From contig OZ037768.1 in the NCBI GenBank assembly GCA_964035545.1, positions 21,919,319-21,983,318 of the forward strand: a stretch of 64,000 bases of DNA, read 5' to 3'. Under the pieces are notes generated by a model. The model saw only the letters and a list, made by a program, of their open reading frames with translations. It did no database searches and was not told the origin of the DNA. The translations under genes were made by a program, and so were the position numbers. Origin of the DNA: Bugula neritina. Lineage: Eukaryota > Animalia > Bryozoa. Positions 52,703 to 64,000 of the stretch are shown piece after piece. Each line of letters opens with the position of its first letter. Position 1 is the stretch's first letter.

Positions 52703-55700
52703 TCAACTGTAAGTTGTATGTTTGTGTAATGATATGAAGAGATCGCTATCCTTGCCACACGTTTCATAGAACTCTCGTAAAGCACCCAACATGTACACAT
52801 CTTCCGACAGCAGATAGCTGACATTGTCCGGGTCTTGTAAGGCATCGTATCTACACATAACTAGGTGCTGCACACAGCGGGCAGGTATTGCATGGTACAA
52901 CAACTCCCGGTCTACCGCAGTCAGTGGTAACGCATCACTAGTTTCCGTGTAGCCCGCGAGAACTTCGGAGATGATTTGTAGCAGAGACTGGGTGGGCGGC
53001 CAGTTGACAATCCATACGGCAACTGCAAACACGGCAATGTCTATTACAACCGGCCCTTTCACCAAGTCGGCAAAGTCTATCACTCCAGATAGAGAGGGTT
53101 TTGTGCCTTCATCTACTTTCATTATAATATTATCACCTATAAGGTCTCCGTGAAGTATGGCTGTAAACACAGAGTGTATGTTTATTAATGGGTAGTTTTC
53201 TGTAGGTTGCATTTTTACTCTAAACCTTCAAATAATTCCAATTTAGGCCAACGATGAGATATGAAATAATTCAAAACTCACAACTCAAACTAAAAACTTT
53301 TATTAGTAACTTAATGCCAAAAGATAAATTTATATTTAAAATTCAACTGATTTCTTATTAATAAACTTCGTGTACATATAAAATATTTTTAGACTCAATA
53401 AGTTGTGCATTGTTTCAATAAGCTATTAAAATTTTTGACATTTGTTCATAAGAGTGACCAGTTAAAACATGTGAAATGGCTTAGAATATGAAAATGCTGT
53501 CCATAAATTCATAGACAAATACGAACACCACAGAACACATTGAGTTTAATCAACAGCTGTCTCGTAGTCATACCGATACTTGTAGATGTTTTGATTAACA
53601 GATCTATTTCTAATGAGTAGTATAATAACAGCACTTACACTCGGTATATTTATGCCGACCTAGACAGGAAGTGAAATCCTTAACAGCTCGAAGAGAAAGC
53701 GAGACATCTTCAGCTGAAAGGTTGACAGCATATATCTTGTCTAGAAGTAACTCTGCATCCACCAGGTACCAGGGTGACTTGACTCTCTCGGGAATATGTG
53801 TTGGGTGGGCCAGAGCAACGCTATGCATTCTACAGTAAATACTGAGAACTGTACTCAGCTATAGTATACCATAGCATTACTTTAATAGTATAGTATATTA
53901 TATAATATATTCTAGTGTAGTATAGCATTATAATAGTGCTGCACACTATATTATGGCATTAATAGATATGTTACACAAGCAAGAGTTTAAAATACCTGAA
54001 GTCTAAAGAGCACACAACTCCTTATGTATTGCATCGCCAAAGTAAATGTATTACTACATATTTAACCAGTTACCTAGCAGCCAAGGAACCAATTTTCTGC
54101 AGAAAGTAACCATCATAGATAAAATCGAGCATGCTCAGTGGAGCTCCTTCTACATAGCTAAGAAGATGAACATAGTGTCCTTGACACGCTTCCTGTTCTG
54201 CCAACCAATCAAAATCAATCAAATGCAACTCAGTAATGCTCAACACAGCATATGAATAAAATAGTTATACTATTGAGTATTCGAGGGGCGGCAATCCCAA
54301 CTTAAACTCTAGAATACATAACAAATTCAAAGTTGTGACCAACCACAATTACATTCAATTAAATTACAGCAATCAATTTCTTTATACAAAAACTTGCAAT
54401 TCAGAGTGTAAATATATTATTTACATTATATAGTTTAGTAGTAGTATTTCATGTTTATGTAAATCATAAATACTGGACAAAACTTATGAGATGACGACTA
54501 CCAAAATTGATGGACGATAGTAATAAAATAATTGCTAGATGCGGGATGCATGGTGAGAACTCCATGCTAATAGCAGTTGATGATATTATTTTCCATTCAC
54601 TACCCAAAATATTCAACAACGAACTCTGCATCTGTTTTATCTATACCATTAGATAATAACCACTTACCAGGGTGTTCAAGCTGAATAGTTGGAGGGTTCA
54701 ATGTCCCATCTGAAAGTCGGAGAGGGCGTGAAAAGGGAAGCCCCGCATTACACAGGTGTTCAAGGAAACCACCTAACAAACAGTTTATAAGCAAATATGA
54801 CAACAAGCTAATTTTGTCATTCAACATCTCCCACTAATGATTAAAAACTTATTTTAAGCAACAGTAGCATGCAATATCATTTGCTAGTAAAATTTCCCAT
54901 GGGCGTAACTTGTAAGGAAATATCTGAGTGCAAATTTAATAAAAATATCACTAAAATCATATTTATACGAAATATTTCAAACAAAAAGTAGTAATATTCA
55001 AAAAAAAAAATTGCAAAAAGTTTTCTAGTTATTAAAGATTTACATAAGTAATAAAGTCTATTATAATGGTTGCTTAAAATTACAGACCAATAAATTTCTG
55101 GAATTCATGTTTGACAGAGTTGTCTGCCCCCAGGATTTTGACGACTCCTTGCTGAAGAGTTTTCCCACTAGAATCCTGTTTGGAGAAGGTGACATGGGCA
55201 GAGAAATCATCGTAGCCATCTAATCTCTTCACATCGATTAAACTACATCCAAAGTAGTCCCTTAAAATCTGAGACACCTTTGAATTAGGTACGTCAGGTT
55301 TTTGAGGTGGACAACCCTATAAAATGAGTAATGTTGTGTGTGGGGAGGGTTATTAAACAATAATTGGAAGTATTACAATATAGTAGCAAATATTGTAAAC
55401 TATTAACTATCCGAAGCTAGCTACTCACAATGCTGAATAGTATGCATCATTTAAAAAAAGTTGAGCGTATTCATATACCAATCATCAACATGTTTTCTAC
55501 TCTAGCAAAATAAATTAAGATAGATTCTCCTCTCTATACAAAACAACTTTACAGTTTGTTAAAATTCCAAACCTTAAAACCAAGACAATTATCTTCAAAA
55601 CACAAACTATTGTGACCAGCAACAACATCCGCTACAAACAAATCTGCTATCAGAAAATATGAATAGCAGTAAACAAGTCAGTCCCAATTAACACATTGTT

Positions 55701-55832
55701 TAAATAAATCTTTTATAACACTTATGTAAATTATAGTTAATCATTATAACTAGATTTCCTTATAATCTACATAATTTTGACTAGTATTGGTCCAGACATA
55801 TTCTAAACGTTCTCACCTTGGAGTTCGGACAT
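52703..55832 (-). CDS. HYKK: Hydroxylysine kinase / aminoglycoside phosphotransferase-domain protein, ~6 exons
   Basis: LDGYDDFS, GVVKI, ILHGDLIGDNII (HGDxxxxN catalytic loop), GVIDFAD, DPDNVSYLL. Confidence 0.75.
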
Positions 55833-58745
55833 TCAAATGTTCTGCTTCCAGTTTAAAGTTCAACAAAAACAAGGCTTCATCAAATCTTCAGTAATGTTTT
55901 AGTAAGAAACTATTTTTACTGATAATAATTACTAAACTGTTTTTCTCACTATTTATAACCTACCATAGCCATTGCCGTCGTATTCACTGCAATTAACTTG
56001 TTTACTTTGGCGATATGTCCAACATGCTAAAAAATAAAGTATGGTAATCATTCATAGTTTAAAACCTGCAATGTAGATCTGATTCTACATTTTAGTCTCA
56101 ATTCATAGAAACATATTTTATTTAGACATAGTTATGCTAGGAATCACAGTTTGATATAGTGTTGGAAAAGACTAATCCTTACTTAATGACAATCACAATG
56201 ACAATAGCAGACTCAGTTTCACACCTATATTGAATATAAAACTCATTTTTCTATTAATATAAAGTTCAGATGGCTGTTGATGGTTATAATCAATAAGTTA
56301 TATTATTATAAGTAGATTCGGTATCAGTAACACTGGGAGTTGGCTTTGCTGTACGACTTCTTACTCGTTTACACTTACAATCACTACCAGCATAATTAAT
56401 TATCATTATAACAAAAATGATCATTATCAGTTATAGTTAAGTTATGATTTCATGCATATTTTCACATTGATAAATTTATATTGTATCATTATGATGCATT
56501 AGTAATTAGTATAACTATCACTATGAGTTCACAAAAATGCAATGCTAAATAACAATAAAAACACGTTGCATATTTAATTCTATACTAAGCAATACTATAG
56601 TAATGCTTATACTCGCCTTCAATTATCTTGAATTTAATTATTTACGCTCAGTCGCAGACTCAGTTGAAGAGTAAGACTCCGACTCAGTGACTGTGAGTGT
56701 CAGTGTGAGTTTCACTTTTAATCTTAAAGTTTAAGTCAAACTTACTGGCTTTGATTAGTGATTAGTGATTGGAACTGGGTAACGCATTCACGTAACTAGT
56801 ATCAATAATCAAAATAAACTTTGAAGCGAGCTGCTTAGTAGTATCAGCCTACTGAGTTAACAGTGATTTTTAATTTTAACAACTGCAGCACAGCTGCAAT
56901 CTGGAGCATTGAACTTTTCGTAGCTCTGCATAGATAACCACGTGTATTTTAGACTACGTTTGTTTATGTTTTGACTTGCGAAGGGTATACAATGTCAATG
57001 AGCCCCCGCGCAGCAAAGAACGCGGGCACTTTATCTCGCAGGCACGTTTCACCAGAAAAGACAACTTCTTTAAAACATCTATTGAATGTATAAAGGTTAA
57101 AATAAAATAAATAAATGGTCAAATGTCTAAATGAATTACCAATTACCACCGCATTATCATATTAAAAGTGCTATAATAATAAAAATTGCAAACTTTAGAT
57201 ATATTAAAGATAGTTTAATTGTAAGTAAATTTCATTACACTTTTAGCAGATTTAAATGGCATTTATTTCTTTAAACCTATGAACAGCTAATCTGAGCTCT
57301 TTGCTTGTATGTAAGACAAGATCTAATACTGAAAGAACATAAATTGACTAATATCAGCTAATGTCTAAAACTAACTGCGTGCTGCATAGCAATAATTAAA
57401 ACACATGATGTCAAAATTCAAAAATATATTGTTATACAAAGAGAGTTTTTGTTTTGTAATGGTTATTGACCATCATAATATTATTAGCAAAAATCAATTC
57501 AGTAAAAATAAACCAGCTACAATAATAAATGTATACAAATTACGTGCAACCTTTGAATTTTGAATACATATGGATCTTTGGTTGATGCCAGAATTACATA
57601 TTTCAGTCTACCTCATAAGGAATCATTGGCAGCAAACAATGTTCCTATTAGAAGCAGCGATAGATTGTTGCAAATAAAACAATGTAGTAATTGAAGAGCG
57701 AAAAAGCAGCAACTTTGAAAATCGTCACAATTTGATTTCACAAAGTAACAACCCTGCTTTATATGTTAATTGAAGGCAATTGCATTGAACTAAACAGTGA
57801 AGTTTTGTATTATAAACACCAAACTCTATTTTTGCATAGGACATTATTTCTTCAATAAATTCAGCCAAACTTTGTGAAAATCAATCTTGAATATTAGGAA
57901 TTAGCAATTAAAAATGGTAATTAGCAATGAATGCAAACAGTAGACAACTCCAAATCTAAATTATTCTAAAATAAGCAGGCCTTGTATTTATTAATCTTTT
58001 CGGTTTTACAAAGTTATCCTCCCACTAGCAGTTGTTCTGAAATCATGGTACTGTGCCATTAAGTTGGAATTATTTATTCAATTAACAATAGAAAACATTT
58101 CCAACGCATGTTTTCTCATTTAATTGCACTAACAAGCTATTATTGTCGATATTGTGTATATTTCTATTTACAATTGAGTTTGTATTATGCAATATTTCAT
58201 GACTAACCTGTAACAACATGAAATGGTAATTAGCATTGTTTAGACTTTACTTCTGCATGATAAAATTATTAGAACATATGGTACTCTGCATTGACAACTA
58301 AAATAATTTACCAGAATAGATGCCAAATTGTTGATTTAAGAAAATCAGATGGATTTTCTTTGTACTACTAATACTGCAATAAGTAAGAAAGTAAGAAAGG
58401 ATATCATTGCTAATGTACAAATATATTATTACATTGATATATAGTCTAATATAAAAATAATAATCTACAATAAGATGGAAGATGAAGGGAAAAATAATTC
58501 ACAATGTAATTATAGTGCCATCTGAACAATTAATCATGAAATGATCATCAGCGATACCTTGAACATAGTACCAAAACTATCACAACCTAAATTATTGCCG
58601 ATTCTTTGAAGTTTCTCACATATGCAACATAATTAAACATTACACGCATCAAATCCCATCTGATCAACTTTGCACACATAACAAAAAAAATTAGATTATT
58701 AGATAAATATAATACAGGATTAAATGTAATAAGACAGAGTTTAAT

Positions 58746-61486
58746 TTAAATATAAACATGTTTTCCAATAACAGTGTGACCGTAATCCATATTGAGCAGC
58801 GTTCGTCGGTCTATAGCGGCAGCCCCTTCTACTGGGGTTGTAGTAGAAACTCCGGAGCAGTGAGAGCACCCTGAACAACTTGTCATACTACTAGTGTCAG
58901 CTGTAGAACACAAGTGGCTGTTGAGGTTATTGTTCTGATTGAAATGTAGTTTGTTTTCAACTGGAGTTGAGCTAAATGACATGAGGTCCCTGTTGTCCGC
59001 AGGTGGATGTGAATGAAATGACATGTGAGAATTTAGCCTATGTGGGTAGCCCGGTGGCAAGGTGAAGGTCTCGTGGGGATGGTGTATACACTTAGATGGA
59101 GGGTTTAGGGAGAATGGAGGTGTATATATATGAGGGAGTTGCCTTCTAGATTCCTCTAGCTCTCTTATTTGCCTCTCTCGAGCAACCTGTAAAATGATAT
59201 GATATTCATTAGATTGCTATGGCCCTTAATTAACAAAGAATGTATCCAGATATTTGAGATAAAAAACAGTTTAACATATGAACTTAGCGTTCTATTGCTT
59301 ACAGCACTAATAATTGCCATATGCTATAGTCAACAGTTACAGTGAACTAGCTAACTTCATTCTATGGTTAGTTGCTAACTGAAACTGTCAACACTGTACC
59401 TGTTATCTATTAATTTGTTCCATATTTTTTAACAGACGTTTATTTGATTTCCTTTGTGATAAAAACTGTTTTATAAATATCTTTAACCAGCATGCCACAT
59501 ATTGTAGCCCAAGTGCGCATTGGGAATAAACCAGGCAGGTAAAACAGATCATGCTGTGCTAAACCAGCTATCTACCCTAAGAGGTTGATTCAAAGATACT
59601 AAATTATCAAATAAAGGATTAAAAGACATCAAAATGAATTCTCTCATCTTCTTATATGCTGATGGATGGTAAAGTAGCTGTGCATATAACAGCTATGTTT
59701 TGGTATACAATCTACAGTTTAAACTCTTTGGGTATACAATCTACAGTTTACACTCTTTGGGTATCCAATCTACAGTTTACACTCTTTGGGTATACAATCT
59801 ACAGTTTACACTCTTAGGGTCTATAATCTACAGTTTAAACTCTTTGGGTATCCAATCTACAGTTTACACTCTTTGGGTATACAATCTACAGTTTACACTC
59901 TTAGGGTCTATAATCTACAGTTTATACTCTTTGGATATACACTCTTTGGGTATATAATCTACAGTTTATACTCTTTGGGTCTATAATCTACAGTTTATAC
60001 TCTTTGGGTATACAATCAACAGTTTGCACTCTTTGGCATTGAGTGGACAGATGAGTAAATTGTTTATATTAAGAGTGGTTGCACCTGATAAACAGTGTTG
60101 ACTCTGGCTGCACAAATGAGCCCGGCAGCTACACAATATACGGCCATGTTTACACAGTGACAAGTAGCTAAGATGTCATTGTCAACATCACTTTAGAAGA
60201 GATCAAATTAAGTATTACTTTAAGTTGGGTTAGTTAAGATGACAGGTTTAACTTACGGCATTCTCATCAATTTCGGCATATACGTGTCTTTCTTGTGGCG
60301 GTAATGTGTGTAAATATCCACCATTGCTAGATTGATTGTGGACGCTCAATGCTTTCCTAAAAGATACCAATTAAGAAAATTAATTATATTCAAAAGCGTG
60401 TAACTAGATTTATTTACTTACTAAAAAGCTTTTAATATAAAGTGCTGCAAGCTGGGAATCCACCTGCTGGCATTATATTGTACGCTTTCGGCAAAGAAAA
60501 GAGAAACTAAACTGAATACACAACTAAGAAACTCCCTTTCAGTTATTCAATAGTTGTTATCTGATATTATGAAACCTCTTCACATTCAAACACCTGATTG
60601 TATTACATAATAATAATATGATATATACGAGATGCAGAAATAAATGCAGCAATTGCTATAAGCTCTCACTTGACCCTAACAGCTGCTTTTGTAAAATGAT
60701 GTCATCATAAATGGAAACCAGCTTAAACTATGTTATGCTTTTTTAGCTGCATGTAAATTTAGATCTAAAGTGAATAGTGTAACTTAGAGAGTAGTTTTCC
60801 ACTTTTATATGCTAAGCAATGTGAAAAACTCTAAAAATACTTATTGTGAGAAGACAACTGAAATTTTGCATATTTGTACTATTATGCAGTCAATATTACA
60901 TTAAATATTTAATTATACAATGCTGTACATTATTATATTAAGCTACACTATTAATACACTATATACTATACCATGATATTGAAGTATAACATATTTTTTA
61001 TTATACTATTGTATTATAATGTAATAAATATATTATTATATTATATTTTATGTTATCGTACCTGGAAGGCAGCATTCCCCTTTGCCACATACAGAAGCCA
61101 ATGATAAGAGCTCCGAGTATAACTACAGTAGCCACTACAATGACTACAATGATGACCACGCCATTCTGACTGTTAGCCTGTGGCCCTTCATTGGGGCTAG
61201 CTGCAGGGGAGATAACATACTCCGCCCCTGTACTCTGTACCATGATTTCCTCAGGAGTAGCACTAGTAGAGAAGGAGGTGGTAGTGGAAGTAGTAGTGGT
61301 AGTATGAGTACATTGGCAAGGTGCTCTGCTAGTGTCACATTGCAATGTGACAGGGTTGAAGGTTGTGTTGGCAGGACAGGGGCATTGCCAGCAGGATAGA
61401 CCTATACACTTATAATAGTTGAGGCAATCCCTAGGGTCTGTTATGTTCTGTGTTACTGGGACGGTTACACTCGCCATGCAAGATTC
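58746..61486 (-). CDS. Type-I membrane protein with a chitin-binding peritrophin-A (CBM14)-like domain; 5' end unresolved
   Basis: DPRDCLNYYKC...CPANTTFNPVTLQCD; Thr/Ser stalk; TM GVVIIVVIVVATVVILGALIIGFCMW; exons 61062-61486, 60257-60356, 58746-59187 are phase-compatible. Confidence 0.75.
59698..60037. repeat. 29-bp minisatellite (ggtatacaatctacagtttacactctttg), ~11 copies, intronic
   Basis: Tandem copies. Confidence 0.95.
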
Positions 61487-64000
61487 TAAAAACAAAACAA
61501 CAGTTACAAGCACATTGCATACTGATTATGCAAATGATATGCTTTTCTCGATTGTAAAAACAGCTGGAATATATATTGTACGTAGTGAGGTGGATTTATA
61601 CAGAATAGAAATTTTACCACAAAATGCAAAACAGGTATAATATATCCAACATCAAAGTGAGATGATGCAATTGTAAGCAGTAGAGAATTTTAAATTATAA
61701 ATGGCAAGCTGTAATACTTCAATATTATGTAAATGTGTTTTAATATTGCACCCAGCTGTGACACCTCTATGTGTAACTAACCTAGAGTGATATTATCATA
61801 TATTATAAGTCTAGCACCTAGATGACAGCCATTTACTTATTTCTTATTAGAGAAGGGAATTTTATTCACATTTTATGCATAGCAATTCGCTACTTCATCA
61901 CTTGTCTTTTCATAGCAATGCAATCATGTGGCTGATTAATCTCGGAGTTGATGTTATAATTAAATGCTAACAGTTTGAGCAAAGCAGTTCTGTGAAGATT
62001 GGATGAAATCAGCTACAGAAACTCTCTAATTTAAGGTTCAGTGAATTTGAAGAGTGTTTGTTGTCTCTGCATTAACTCTCTTAAATCCCTCATGCAGATA
62101 CAACTGATAGATTAAAGAAGATGACAGTTTCCAGACAGCTGTCATTGCTGCCGTTTGACAGCCTGCTGCCTTTCACAATCACCTTCAGCTAATAAAAACT
62201 CAATTATTAAATTTGGGAATTTTATGTTCTAAAAGTTTGAAGTTTTGCACCATTACTCTTTTAGCTACTTATAAGTTATTCTGAGTGGATGTGAATTTCA
62301 TACCATATCGAAGATCAAAAATAAGTTATTTGAAATAAGTTTCTTTTTCAATCTTGTCTCGACTTTTGAACTGTATTGAATGTAAGGATGATGATAGCTG
62401 TAAAGGTGATGATATCAGTTGTAACCAAAGAGTTTATAAAAATAACTGGTCAATAGACACTTCGTAGTAGCGAAGTAGAGTGGGGTTTGTATGTGATGAA
62501 AGAGAGTTGCTAGTGGCTAGCACATGCTATTCTACGTATACATGTTATTTAGACACGACTGCTCCATACATCAATCACAGGGCTGTCTTATCAAAATTAT
62601 AATCTTGCAAATGTTATAACAGGTTATGTTCTATGGGAAATAGGTAATTACATGCACAAATAACCAAATTTGTTTTTTTTGCAAAGAATAGTTATTTAAG
62701 TTTTCAGTTTTATATTAGCCTAAATAAATAAAAATAATACCGTAGCATTTAAATTACTTTTTATAGTAAAATTACATTGAATTTTGTATATTTTAAATGC
62801 ACTTGTATTAAAGTATCGTCTCATATTATTCAACAAAAACCTCTCCAACCTACTTTAAATAATTGACACGAGTTACATATAGCCACTTTAAACTTATAGA
62901 TTTTTAAAATGATTCTGCTGTTCATTACATTATGATTACTAAATTGTCACTTTTACTGTATTAATATAAAGCAGCTGCTCTTAATAATATAATATGAAAC
63001 AAAGAACTGTCTAACTGTACAGTGAGTGGGCACCCATCCTCCCCCTTAAACATAAATTTAGTAGCCACAAATCTTTGATACACACAATATAATGATATTC
63101 ACAAACACTAGATGTGTGTCAGTTGACCAGAATGCATTTCCTCAGCAATTCCTGTTTGGTTTGGGTTACCATTAGCAACGCCATGAGAATAATCAACCAC
63201 TTTATGTTAATATATTAATTGTGTACAATTATGTTCAGGTATATCCATTTAGATAATGGGCAGAGTGAGAGGATATTTGAATAAGAAATGTTACCAGCTC
63301 TTAGCATCTGACACACTGTGGGCAGTGAGGAAAAAGATGTGGTAGTCTTTTGCATTTCATAACATATCATATGTTTATCTGTAGGAAATTATATGGCTTT
63401 AAGTCATGACTAAATGTCAGTGAATTTTTAATGCAAACCAATACTTAGTAACAGACAGTGATAGCTGTAATTGAGTTACTGGGTGACATCATCTTGGCCA
63501 TGGGAAAGCTTTAGGCTGTGGTTGACACGAATATGTGATATTATAGCTAACTACATCAACTGACTGCATTTCACTGCCAATTTAAAAAAAAAATCATGAA
63601 ATCATTTAACAGATCATTTCACATGAGAGAAAATAGGCTCTTTGGCACACATTTATATTAGAATATTATTATATTGCAAGTATTAAAACTATTTTGAAGG
63701 CTTTCAAGGTAAATTATGCATGATATAGTCGTGCAATAAATAATGCAACCATATAGCTTTACAAAACTGATTAACAGATATTTACTAGCGAAATTTAGCT
63801 CCATTATTTATCTCTGAACAAGAAGCAACAGCTAACTTTATTATTTGTGGAAAAAATAGTAAATTCCACCCTCCAGTGTTCCAAAAAAGCATTCATGAGA
63901 AAACTATCTTCATATTACTACAAAATGATTTCATCATCTTGTTTCGTAAATAATTTCAGAGCAATTTTCCATCTGTAAAATTAATGCTGTCTTAGTATTT

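Overview
AT-rich, intron-containing eukaryotic DNA that looks like a compact invertebrate genome. Host genes reconstructed by hand from GT-AG exons: an arylsulfatase (ARSB/I/J-like, -), a dispanin/CD225-like membrane protein (+), NAPE-PLD (-), NUDT2 (-), WDR41-like (+, with an AT-AC U12 intron and a nested antisense orphan gene), BBS10 (+), HYKK/AGPHD1-like kinase (-) and a chitin-binding type-I membrane protein (-). A decayed inverted copy of the NAPE-PLD 3' half lies at the window start. Two young full-length LTR retrotransposons are present. One is a BEL/Pao element (10472-19256, TSD TGTAA) with no tRNA-type PBS, a possible self-priming pairing and an in-frame TAG between gag and pol. The other is a Ty3/Gypsy element (28919-36361, TSD ATAC, tRNA-Leu PBS) with a -1 frameshift signal and an extra zinc-finger ORF. 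The most unusual recurring pattern is intronic minisatellites whose units copy or mimic splice signals: an acceptor junction in NAPE-PLD, a donor junction in WDR41, and U12 branch-point/AC motifs inside the U12 intron. All gene identities come from motif recognition, not database searches.
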